NCBI RefSeq assembly: GCF_009914755.1
Contig: NC_060928.1
DNA: 64,000 bases
Strand: one strand, 5' to 3'
Origin: the human T2T-CHM13v2.0 reference genome, Homo sapiens
Each line of letters opens with the position of its first letter. Position 1 is the first letter of the stretch. This document shows positions 13,270 to 25,899 of this stretch, in pieces. The position numbers were made by a program, and so were the translations under genes. The notes beneath the pieces are model-generated. The model was not told where the DNA came from. It made no database searches and saw only the letters and a program-made list of their open reading frames with translations.

Positions 13270-13480
13270 CAGGGTTCAATAGGGCAGCCACTGGCAACAC
13301 GTGGCTGTCTAAATTTAAATTTTAATGAATTAAAATGAAATAAAATTTAAAATTCACTTTCTCAGTCTTACTAATCACATTTGAAGTGCTTCAGAGCCAC
13401 ATGTGGCTGGTCACTGCTTGTACTGGACAGTGCAAATCTAAAACTTTTCCATCATCATCAAATGTTCTATGGAATAATGC
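13270..13480 (-). mobile_element. MER3 (hAT-Charlie) DNA transposon
   Basis: agccactggcaacacgtggct..aaatttaaatt...agccacatgtggctgg...ctggacagtgca...ttccatcatc...gttctatgga. Confidence 0.8.
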
Positions 13481-14919
13481 CATTCTGGAGTTTTGCCTCT
13501 AACTATTTGACTGTCCAACATTTCTGGCACAGAATGGAAATTAAATTTTGTTTTGTAACCACCTGGTCAGTTTTGCTAGAGATAGGAATCATCTGACAAC
13601 TACTATGGCACCACAACCGCCCAAATACCATATGTTTTATGGCATTTAGGAAATAGACAGCTCATTGCCATGGTTACTGTATCCCATAATATGAGCTATT
13701 GAGAAGCAATTCACAAGTAAAAGGCTAAACAAAAGACGTGTTTGATTAAAGCAGCCATTTCCTATATGTTATCCTTTGTCAAATATTCTAGTTATTTTGG
13801 GGTGTGGAAAGAGTTTGTGATGCAAGCCGTTAACCTTTATGATGGTAGTGTGCCGTCAGCCCTCAAATGAAGACCATGATGTGGCTCAAAATGGGGAGTA
13901 ATATGCAGATAGGGAAAACCAATGATTCTTTTGAAACCATGAAGCTAGCAATTTACTTCCAGGCTTACACTTTTTTTTTTTTTTTTTTGGAAGAGAACAG
14001 ATGAACAAATAAGTAATCAGTTTCTCATAAGTGAAGGTGAGGTCAGCTAAACATCTGCTTTATTCTAGCCACATGGCATAATTTTCAGAGGAAATTGCTA
14101 TGCTTATAACTAGAATGTTTGAAAGGCTTATTTTCCAGTTAAGTGGATGTTGTGTTCATTTGATGGAATTTTGTTTCCTATGGCGTATAAGTATACATAC
14201 AAACATACACTACTCCACAAGGAAAGTGAAGGGCAGATCAAGGGAGAAAAAATAATATTTTGAACCTTAATCTGGGCCAGATCTGTGTGAGACAGTTAAA
14301 TTATATCAGGTCACTGAATGGTCATGCTAATTCTTGGGTGTCTATTTTATTTTCATCTCAGTTTTGTAGATGAATGTACTTAGAAATACTAACATCAAGT
14401 AACCTGTCTCAGAATTGATAATAGTTGGAGGTTGATGTCTTCCTAACTCCAAGAAACTGTGATTATCTATAACAGAGATGCATATTTCTCATTGCATTTC
14501 CTGAATAAGTCAGTGAACACTGTGCAGGTTTCTTCATTCAGCCAGTTAGATAGAGAACCAACCCTGTTATATATAATAGGGATTAACATATAGAGAGAAT
14601 TTCCAGTCAGGGAAGAAGCAAAGGATCCTTGAATAGCTACTCTGAGTCATATGTCAAATTATGTACTTACAAAATTTTTTGTTTTTGTCAACCTCCCATT
14701 GAATTTGGTGAGGTTGATATTTTCAGCCAATATTTTGATAAATAAGATATTCACCTGTCAGACAAGTTTGGGTAACATACACACAGTTACCCCAAGTGAA
14801 TACCTGCTACTTTATATAAAATGACTCTAGAATATACATCACCTCTATCAATGTCAACTTTTGTAACTGCTAAAAATTCTTTATGGTAACTGTTACGTGT
14901 TTTTTGGAAGAGACTTTTT

Positions 14920-15378
14920 TTCCTTTAATCAGCTAAAAGTTTGCTGACTTTGTTTTTCTTTTCAAATCAACAATTTTTAGATTTATTGATTGTGTCTATT
15001 TTCCTTTTCTCTATTTTATCCATTTTTAGTCTAAACTTTATTATTTTCTTTCTTCTAGTTACTTTGTATTTAATTTGCACTCACATTCTAGTGTCTTGAG
15101 GTAGAAGTTTAGGTTATTGGTTTGAGATCTCTCTTCTTCATTTTAATGTAGGCCTTTACAGCTATACATTTCCCTCTAGGAACTATTTTAGTTGCACTCT
15201 ACACATTTTGGTATATGGTGTTTTCTTTTTCTTCATTATTTTCTCATTCCCTTTGTGATTTTTTTTGATCATTGATTACTCAGGAGTATGTAATTTAATT
15301 ATCATATATTTGTGAATTTACACATTTTCTTTCTGTCATTAATTTCTAATTTTATTCCATTGTGGTCAGAACAGATAT
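14920..15378 (-). mobile_element. L1M ORF2 fragment (inverted 5' part of the adjacent L1MB)
   Basis: Antisense ORF2 signature gaggtagaagtttaggttattggtttgagatct...aatttctaattttattccattgtggtcaga. Confidence 0.7.
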
Positions 15379-15620
15379 AAACTATTCCAAAAAACAGATG
15401 AGGCTTAAATATGCTCAGATATGTTCCATATGTTCCAGGCTTAAATATGTTCCAGACATAAACATATCTGGAACAGATATAAACTATTATATCTGGATAT
15501 AATACAGATATAAACTATTATATCTGGAACAGATATAAACTATTATATCTGGAACAGATATAAACTATTCCAGAACAGATATAAACTATTCCAAAAAACA
15601 GATGAGGCTTAAATATGCTC
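15367..15620. repeat. Perfect 50-bp direct repeat enclosing a patchwork of ~25-bp units
   Basis: 15367-15416 is identical to 15571-15620; the interior has ~4 copies of atatctggaacagatataaactatt. Confidence 0.9.
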
Positions 15621-18195
15621 CAACTCATTTTATAAAGCCAGCCTGACAATAATACAAAAAATATACAAAGATAGATATTACAAGAAAATACATCAAAAAC
15701 CAATATTTTAAATAATACAAATGCAAATATCCTTCACAAAATACTAGTACACCAAATACAGCAACATATAAAAAGCATAATATACTATGACAAAATAAGA
15801 ATTGTAGCAAGAATTCAAAGTTGAACATAAAAAAGCATAATATACTATGACAAAGTAAGAATTACAGCAAGAATTTAAAGTTGAAAAAGTCAAGCAGTAT
15901 AATACACTATGTTAACAGAAAAAAAGACAAAGACAAAACAATTATCTAAATAGATGCAGAAACATTATTTTGCAAAATATAAAATATTCCCCAAATAAAA
16001 ACACTCAACAAATTATGGATACAAAGGAAGGTCCTTGACCTGATGATTGTTGTCTGTAAAAATTTGACAGCTAACATTGTACTTAGTGATGGAAATCTAA
16101 GTGCTTTATTCTAAGATCAGGAACAAGACAAAGATGTCTGCTGAGGCCACTTTAATTCAAAAATGTACTGAAGGTGCTAGCCAGGGCATTTAGCCAAGAA
16201 ACGGAAATAAAAGTCATTCAGATTAAAAAGGAAAAAAGTAAAACTGTCTATTTGTACATGAAATGAGCTTGTATGTAGGAAATCCTAAGACATCATCCTC
16301 TCCATATCCACACCTACAACACTATTAGAACTAATAAACAAGTTCAGCAAGTTTGTAGGATGCAAGTTCAATATAAAACATCATGTGTTTCTATACACTA
16401 AAAATGAATAATTAGAATATGAAATAAAGAAATGAGTTTAGTTTACAATAACATAAAACAATAAAATATTTATGAATATTTACAAACAATGTAAGACTCA
16501 TACACTAAAACTTGCAAAATATTGCAAAATATTGGTGAAAGAAATTAAAGAAGACTCACATACGTGAAAATACATTTCATGTTCATGGATTAGAAGACAT
16601 AATATTATTAATATGGCAATACTCCAGTAATTCAGATATCTCTAAAGTAAAAGCAATCCGAATCAAAATCTCAGCTGCTTCTTTGCAGAAATTGACAGGC
16701 TGATCCCCAAATTCATACAGAAATGCAAGGAACCCAGAATAGCCAAAACAATGTCAAAAAAATAACTAAGAAGAATAATAATCCCCAATTTCAAATCTTA
16801 CTAAAAGCTATAGAAATAAAAACCACATGGCACCGGCATAGGCTAGATATAAATCTATAAAACAGAATAGAGCCCCTTATAATTATGGTCAATTGATTTC
16901 TGGCAAAGGTGCAAAGACCATTTAATGGAGAAAGAATAGTGTTGTTTTTTCTTTATTCTGATTTCTTTTTTCCATCAAATAGTGCTGGGACTCCTGGCTG
17001 AAAAGAAAAAGAGAGAAAGAAAGAAAAGGAAAAAAAGAAAAAAAGAAAGAAGTGAAATGTCTACCTCATACTAATTGCAAAATAAACTTGAAATGGATTA
17101 TTAAACTAAATATAAAGCTAAAACTATAAAACTCTTTAAAGAAAACATAGGAGCAAATATTTTGACATTAAATTTGGCAATGTTTTCTTAGGACACCAAA
17201 AGCACAAGAAAAAAAGAAAATTAAGTAAAATGGACTTCATCAAAACTAAGAATTTTAGGGTTCAAAGGACATTGCCAAAAAGTTAAAATACAATCCACAG
17301 AATAGTAGAAACTACTTGCAAATCATTTATCTGATAATTGTCTGGTATCCCGAATATATAAAGAACTGCTACAACTTCCAAATGAAAAATTAACCAATTA
17401 AAAATGGGCAAAGCATTTGAAGATACACTTATCCCAAAAAGATGTAAACATGAGCACATTAAAAGTCCTTCAATATCATTAGTCATTAGGAATATTCAAA
17501 TTGAAACCACAAGGAGATATCACTTCCCACTCACAGCATACCTATTAGAAACCTCATACATTCCTGGTGGGGATGTAAAATGATGTAAGTTGCTTTGATA
17601 AAAAGTTTTGCATCTCTTCTAAAAGTTACAATTAGAGTTACAAGGAGATTCAGATATTTCAGTACTAGCTATATAGTGAAGAAAATTGAAGACATATGTC
17701 CACTAAATAACTTGTACATGAATGTTCACAGCAACATTATTCACAATGGCCAAAAAGTGAAAAAAAAACCTCAAATGCCTATCAACTGATTAATAGATAA
17801 GCAAAATGTTGCATATCCATGCAATGGAATATTATTTGGCCATAAAAAGCAATGAAGTACTAACACATGCTACAACAGGTATAAACATTGAAATATTATA
17901 GTAAGTGAAAGAAGTCAGATAGAAAAGACCACTTTACTGTAGGAACCCAATTATATTCAATATCTAGACTAGATAAATTTAAAATACCACTACTTAGAAT
18001 AGTTGTTACCAAAGGCTGTGGCAAAGGAGGAATGAGAACTGACTACTAAAAGATACAGTGTTTCTTTTTGGAGTGATGAAAATATTCCAAAATTAGATTG
18101 TGAAGAAGGTTATACAACTCTCTGATATATTAATTACCACTGAACTAATATATTAAAAATGTAAACATTATTTTATGTGAACTATATATTAATGC
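15583..18195 (+). mobile_element. L1MB-type LINE-1, ORF2 3' half plus 3' UTR (degenerate)
   Basis: aaactattccaaaaa...caactcattttataaagccagc; agatcaggaacaagacaaagatg; tgttcatggattagaagac; 3' UTR gtttctttttggagtgatgaaaatattc. Confidence 0.85.
15766..15885. repeat. 60-bp tandem duplication inside L1
   Basis: aaaagcataatatactatgacaaa..taagaatt..agcaagaatt.aaagttgaa twice at period 60, about 5 mismatches. Confidence 0.85.
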
Positions 18196-20682
18196 ATCTA
18201 CTTGAATCAGCCCATACTTTTTAGTCAAGGGAGAATTTCTAGGCAGATCTCCTCTAGACACTTCTGTAAGAATCGTTCAGAATACTCAATTGTGTAACCT
18301 TCCTTTAACACTCAGCGGTGATACTCTCATCTTTGTAAGACCTCCATTTAGATTTTTACTGCACTTATCAAAGTGTAAATCCATTAATTGTTCATATGTT
18401 CTTTGACCTTCCCGCAGACCAGGGATGTCATATCTCATATATTGTTTCTACTCCAGGATCCAGATTTTGTGTGTTGAATAAATGAATGAAGCTAAGAACT
18501 ACAGGAAGGCACAGGTGAAACCCAAGAAGAACTACTTAACAGGATAAATAATGAGAAACTTCTAATACTCGTAATATATGTAGACAGAAAGGGAAACATG
18601 ATAAATCCTAGTGAGGTTGACTATTGAATGTTCCGATGAAGAATAATAAATAAAATCCAAATGTAAAAGACCTCGAGGGAAAAAATCTGAGGAAAAGATA
18701 AGAAAATCACAGAAAGGGAAATATTTTGGGCTTTTGCATCTGAAAAACTGCCCCTTCACTAGGGCATAGTAATGCCCCATCAGGACAATTTATTCTGTTA
18801 CCAGAAGAGCTTGGTATCTTCTGCTCAGTGTGACCTATTGAAATTGCAGGATTTCAGTAACTGCTCATTGAGAGCGACCCATCATTTTCAACCCAGCTGC
18901 TCCACCCTTACTAGCAAAGTGAGTAACAAACTGTAAAAGAAAAAAATGGCTCACTTATGCAATGAGATACTTTTTCCCAAATATTCTCTGAGACTACATT
19001 TTTTTTTCTTTTTCTTTCATTCTATTTTTTGGTGAATCGGCCCGGCCCTTGTATCACTCATTGGAAGTGAGATGCAAATATGTCAACAAGTATTTTCAGG
19101 ATTTCTGGAAGTAGTCAACATGATGCAGGAGAAATGGCTTGCTTCTTTAGTTCCAAAGTCATGCAAAAGAGCTGATAAGCTTAATTTCATAAAAACAAAG
19201 AGAAGAAGGAAAGATAATTGTGCAAAACTCATTTTTTGTTATAAGAATTAAGGGAAGTTAATGTGTATAAAGAGTTCCACCATTAAGCTCTATTCCATAG
19301 TATGTTGCAGATTATACAGTCCTAGTGATAGCTTGTGAGACGAAATTGAGAAATCATGTATGCCATCAGAACTTTATTTTAAATCCAAATAACATGTTTC
19401 TAAACATTTAAAACTCACAGGATGGTAGAGTACCTGAAGAAAACTTTGCTAAGTCTTAAAGTCATTGTCCAAAATTTCCTTTAAGACATAGGGTGGGGCT
19501 TTGGATCCTGAAGGTGGAAGACATTCCAGCACTCTCATGGTCTCATAGTAACCTGACTTCGAGCTGGAAAAGCCTAAGATTTCATCAGATGCTTTGCATG
19601 AAGAATAATAGGAAACCACCAGCCTCTCACCTGCCCTTTATCATGCTCAAAGATGACTATATCCCCTCATGCCCTAAGCTACGTTACCAAAGCCCCTCTT
19701 TTACTATTTCAAGGGGTGTTAAGGAGTCATCTAACCTAGATATACGCAATAAGGTGATGCATTTTCTGTAGATAAATACAAATAACAATTAAACTAAAAA
19801 TTAATCTGCCTTATATTATTGTTCTGAGCCAGCAATGCTAAACAATACTGGTAATAAACTATTATTTCCTGCTAGGACAGACCTCTCCCAATCCCTACCC
19901 CCCACCACATACCACTATTGAAGAGTGCATAGAACTTTCTCAGAAAAAAAATACATGATTCCATCAAGGGAGGGATTGCATCTAATTTGTTCAAAGACAG
20001 CTGTTTGCTTCCCAGGATGTTGCACAATAGCTCCCACATAGTAGGTGTCCAAAAATATTTATTAAATTAAATGTTTACCTTACATGTGAGCACATTGTAA
20101 ATACAGGGAACATAATATACAAAAGAATTAAGGTGAAATGGCATAATATGTTCAGAGAACTATACAAATTTATAATTCCTGATGCATAAAATACAAAGAG
20201 GAGCCAAGGCATGAGACGATTATGAATGATGAGCAGTATGAATTGGGCTTGCCAAAACAGTAACATAAAAAGGCAGTAAAGAGTGAAAAAAATAAAGTGT
20301 CTCCAATTGAGAGGAGACATACTTATTCAATTATTCAAACATAATTTGAGCACTTTCTTTGCAATAGACATTTTTTTTCTAGGCCCAGGAGAAGTAAGAT
20401 TTATAGGATATTGTTTCCAAGTAATTCACAATCTAGAAGGATAAATAGAAGGCATTAATAGCAAAAATATAAAGAGTGTCTTTTCAGAGCCTTTTATATA
20501 CTACATGATTTCCAAATGTTAGAAAGTATCCCAATAAGGCAAGTGTTATCATTGTTAGCCTTTTATAAATGAGATCAGAGAGACTCAAGTTCACACAGTT
20601 TTAGATGGGGCAGCTGGGTTGTTGGGTCATTCCTCTCTGTGTCCACTGGCAAATAGAAAAAGAACCAAAAGTACGTCTATCT

Positions 20683-20734
20683 CACCACTGCACTCCAGCC
20701 AGGTGACAAAGTGAGACCCTATCTCTAAAAAAAA
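20683..20734 (+). mobile_element. Short Alu 3' fragment
   Basis: caccactgcactccagccaggtgacaaagtgagaccctatctctaaaaaaaa. Confidence 0.8.
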
Positions 20735-22198
20735 TTAGATAAATAAATAAAATGTATTCCCAGAGATTCAAGTAGATTCACTCCTTTATCAAACAAACTG
20801 CCTTTTAAAAACAAACAAAAAAAAGCCTTAAAAGCAATTAATTTATCCAAGTCTCCAGTACTTAATATATAAACTACACATATATGTGTATGCACAGTAT
20901 ATGCATATAAGTGAGTATATATTATATGCATATATGCGTGTTTATATAATACATATATAATACACATTCACATACACACATGTAGATGACAGCCTGCTTA
21001 GTTTCTGCAATTTCCCAGTGAAACGTAAACTGAACAGAATAACAAGAAAAAAGATTATATATATTAGCTTATGTCAACTATTCAAAAATGCCATATATTT
21101 AAGAGGGCTTCTTAGTATTTACATGCAATTCAAAGTTAGTGTAAATGCTCAGAGAAACTTAAGCACTCATTCATCTTTTCAAGAGGGTTATATAGAACAC
21201 ATTAGTGAATTATGTTCAAATATTCAAAATTCGGTAGTGTTTGAGTCACAGTGAGGAGGATTGGAGGTTATTTGAGTATACTCCCAAGGTACTTTCTTTG
21301 TTCTTACTGGTATTTGATGTTTTGTTCTCAGGGGTGTCACAGAAAGAAAGAGCTGTCTTAAAAGGCTCAACAGAAGCAGGCCTGTTTTACGTTAAAGGGC
21401 CAAGTCAGCTTTGCACTTGAATTGCTGTCTGTGTTCTATCCTGGGGCATTGGGGAAGAGATGTGTTTCAGGGCACTCTTATGTTCTCTGTGCAGCGGTCA
21501 CAGGCAACTTTCAAATCAGAAATGCAGGGCTTCAGCCATCTCAAAGTAAGTTTGACCAATCTTTACATATTAGTAGATAAAATAGATTATACTTTCAATA
21601 GATTATCAAAGGGTTATTATACCATTTAGTAAATTTGAACCCAATAATTTTGGAAACTCACTCAATTCTCTCTGCTTCTACTCTATATTGGAGCTCAGTC
21701 ATCACTAAGAAAAACTGGATACCAAAAATAATTATTTATTTTCTACTGATGTGTTCTTCTGCTCTATAAGCCCAGTTTTAAACGAACTATATGCTCCCTG
21801 ATTTAAATAATGTCCATGAGTATATGTCCATTCATGATAAAGAACATATTAGCAAAACTTTAAACTATTAGATAAGTCATATTTATTATTTTAGAGAATG
21901 TCAATAAAACATATAGACACATATTTTCATCTTGAACAGTAAGATACTGAAACTTGGACAATGTCTAGTTTCTCAGGGTTATAAGTGAGTGCCCCATATT
22001 TCCTAAGCATGACCAGACTTTGGGATCCTCAGTGCTTATCCATAAAAGCCCCTTTTGAGATAACAGTAACAAAACCATCATCTATGTATAATATGTATCA
22101 CACTCATACATACATTCTCACATATCTTAATTATGCCTCTGTTGTTGCTGCTGTTACTTTGATCAAAATTGAGTCTAAACTGGTTTGGATAACCACAT

Positions 22199-22200
<2 letters not shown>

Positions 22201-22242
<42 letters not shown>
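22201..22242. repeat. (AC)21 microsatellite
   Basis: Uninterrupted AC run. Confidence 0.95.
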
Positions 22243-22247
<5 letters not shown>

Positions 22248-23819
22248 GACACAGTCACTTAAAAATTACAAAATTAAAAATAAGAAAAAGAAAGTTGAAA
22301 TTATTAGCTCAATAAGCCAACTCTGAGGAAGGTGGAAGTTTCATTCATGGGTAGAGTTTTACGGTGTCTTTCTCATTCTGTTCACTCAGATTTTTATCCT
22401 GTAAGATGGGCTTTGCCGTGGACATGCATATTCCTGATCAAGGACATCTTCTGGTGTCATATATCCTCAGCTGTGTCACACAAAGAAAAGAACTTTCTGT
22501 TTAACATTTCTACTTTGAAAAATTGCAGAGTAGGTTTTTGATTGGTTTATCATGAGTCATGTGCCCTTCTCTTGACCAATCACTGAAACTAGGTTGGTAA
22601 GAACTTACAACAGGATGCCAAGTTTTAGAAAAGGAGGGTGAGTTTTCCAAAAGAGGAGAGGTAAGTGAAGACATGACCAATGGCATAAAAGTTCCTCACC
22701 AGGAACTATCTTAGTTTGGGGATTCTAGTCCAGGAAATGAATTTCACAGAATAGCTGTTTTGGCCTGTTTGTTTCCTCCAGGAATAATTTAAAAATTGAA
22801 TCCACTGGTCTTGCAATTTCCTCTTTCCTCTTTAAATGTGAGGCAGGTGGCAGGTACTTTCCAAGGAGGGAAGATTGTACAGCTCTTATTCACAGTTGCA
22901 TGGGGGATCAGGTTCAAAAGCCTTAAGTGGGGCCTAGAACTGAAACTACTTTCAGGCATAAAAACCACATTTCTGCACAGAATTGCCATTCTTATAATGT
23001 GGTAATGATTCATAAAACAAAGCAAAACAAACACAAATACTGGTACCTGTGAAGCCATCAGGTCAACTAAGTCTGATGATTATCCAAAGCAAACCAAATT
23101 AAATAGATCTGGCTCAAACATTTTCAGCATAAGATCTGATGAAGGAAAATAAGTAGGAATAAGGCTACTGAGTAATTCCAGAGACAGCAACAAGTCAGTT
23201 GCTTCTAATTCATAATTTATATCCAATCTCATTGATAGTGGATGCCTGGGGGTAAAAAGGCAATTTGTGTTCTAAGTGGCTAAAGTAATGGTATAACCTA
23301 CAGAGAATAGGATGATGACTACTGACTTATCAGAATACACATATAATCAATATTTGCAAATTTGAAAAATACATAAGTCAGTTGAGGGAAAGACAGAGAT
23401 TTTTTGTGGAAGTTCAGATTCTCCATAACTCCAGGCTGTAGATGCTCAACTCATTTTCTCTAGTTCCTCAATTGTTTTCTCTCTGTGTCCTAAGACGTAT
23501 ATTTGTCACCTTGGGTCATTCTAAAATGTTCCACTTGCTTCTATAACTTTCCAGTGACACGAGAAGAGAAAAGCTCTTTCTTCTGAGTAACATCAGCCTT
23601 AGTTTCGTCTACTTGTTACAGTGTTTCATGATATTCCCTACTTTAACAATTTGTCCTTGAGTGGTCAATAACTCAGCACCCAGTTCTTACAGGGACTATT
23701 TTTCTCATAAAATACCTGAGACCCCCTTTTCTACATCAATTGCCAGTCCTGGCACCTGTAAGCACAGGCTAAAATCTTCTGTGACCTGGTGGGGCTTTGC
23801 TTGCTTTTATTATTTCCTT

Positions 23820-24235
23820 AGGTAGCAGAGACTAGCAGGTTGTATTGCAAACTTTTTACCTTTTGTTCTTGGGCACACAGTTAGTCTGCTTCTGCCAGTC
23901 TCCCTTGCAGTAAAGTTTAGGCACTGGGCAAGTTCTGGCCCATAAAATGTGAGTTGGAATATTGTGACCCACTTCCAGAACTGTCCTTTTAAAACCTCCC
24001 ATAAACCTATGCAAGAGCCTCTCCTTCCTAAGCCAATAACTGAATGGAAAGTCCACTGAGGGTCTGCTCAGAGGGAGGTAAAGCCGCACCTGGAATAAGT
24101 ACTGGTCTTAAAGTGACCAAAAAGATGTCTACCTGGTTAGAAGCATCCACCTGATACTGTGAAGAGAGAATAAAATAACCTTATTTTATTTTCTTAAGTT
24201 ACGAATGTTTGGAACTTCATCTGTTACAGAAGCAA
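23820..24235 (+). mobile_element. Old MaLR LTR (MLT1I/J-like)
   Basis: ccagtctcccttgcagt...agttctggcccataaaatgtgag...cacttccag...ctgttacagaagca. Confidence 0.6.
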
Positions 24236-24949
24236 CTGTTTTTTTCACTAGCAAATTTTTCCTCTGTCTTTAGTCAACATCACCTAGGAAGAGTTGTTCT
24301 TTCTCTCTGGTGCTTGATAAATTATCGATTACCTCTCCAGCTCTTCAAATTCTCATTAGTCCAATGTCAGGACTTACACTGGTCAGAACATGGTACCTTC
24401 TGAAGGATAGAGAACTTCATTCTTTAATACGTGTCATGGAACTTATAAAGCAAAGCACACAGCATACAATATAAATGTGTTTATTGATCCAGAAATCCAC
24501 AAGAGAAGTGGAGGGGACTTTCCTTCTTCTCCAGCCAAGAGAGGTCCATGGATGAAGTAAATAAAAACAGATGTGACACATCTGCATGTTATCTGAATAT
24601 CATTCAAGAATCATATTAGTATTTGTAGATGTGTTTTAGATACCATAATTAATTACAGCCAGAAGGAAACCCATTTTAAAATGTCACTTCATCTTGTTTC
24701 ATTTAATTTCACTATATTTTATTTTATTACATATATGCTTCAATAGTTCCTTGATAAGTAAAGTTTTATAATATGGATGTGCTAGATCATTTGATTATTC
24801 ACCCGATGTAGGACATTTGGATAGTTGCAAAATGTTTACTGTTACAAGTTAAGCTTCTTCGAACAGACATATAAACATGTTACATGGAGATATGTTTTAT
24901 TTATCTTGGATAACTGTCAATGAGTACAATTGTAGGGTCACATGAGTTG

Positions 24950-25890
24950 CCATGACCAAAATCAAGGTAATGGATATATTCATAACCTCCAAAAGTCTCC
25001 CTGTGTCCTTTTGTTTGTGTATGTGTGTGTTTACAGTACGAACAAATCACATGAAATCTACCCACTTAACACATTTTTAGATGTACAATACTGTATTGTT
25101 AACAATACACACTATGTGGTATTGTAGACCCCTGAAACTTACTCATTTTGTATAACTGTAATTTTTTACCCATTGAAGGACAACGTTCCATATCCCTCTC
25201 CCTTCAGCCCTTGGTAACCACCGTTCTATTTTCTACTTTTATACATTTCACTATTTTAGATACCTTATATGAGAGAAATCAGGCAGTATTTATCCTTCTG
25301 TGACAGAAGTATTTAATTTAGCGTAATGTATTACAAGACCACCCATGTTGTTTTTAAGGCTGAGTGATATCTCATTGTGTGTATGTACCATTTTTTCTCT
25401 ATCCTTTCATCTGTTGATTGACACTTGGGCTGTATTTGTAAATGAGTTATTGTGAGTAATGCTGCAATGACATGAAACTGTAGAGGTCTTCAAGGTTCTG
25501 ATTTTAATTATTTTTCATATATACCCCAAAGTGGAATGTCTGGATCTGACAGTAGTTCTATTTTTAATATTTTGAGGAACATCTATAATGTTTTCCATGG
25601 CAGCTGCACCATTTTTTATTTCCACTAATGGTGTGCAAGAGTTCCAATTTCTGCACAATCTGTCAACACTTGTTATCATTGTTTTCGTTTTGATAGCAGC
25701 CATTCTAACAGGTATAAGTTGATATCACATTGTGGTTTTGAGTTGCATTTCTTTAATGATTAGCACTTTTGAACATATTTTATGACATAGCTCTTAGCCA
25801 TTTTATGTATTTTTTAAGAAACATCTATTCAAGTTCTTTGTCTTTTTAAAAATCAGGTTATTTGGGCTTTTTTGATATTGAGTTGTAAAA
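24950..25890 (-). mobile_element. L1MA (L1MA9/10-like) 3' end
   Basis: aaatctacccacttaaca..tacaatactgtattgttaac...cagcccttggtaaccaccgttcta...gccattctaacaggtataagttgatatc. Confidence 0.8.
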
Positions 25891-25899
25891 TAAGGAACT

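Noticed and set aside
15417-15570. Short repeated units superficially like a CRISPR array
   Set aside because: Units are adjacent with no unique spacers, derive from local L1 sequence, have no cas genes nearby, and the DNA is human
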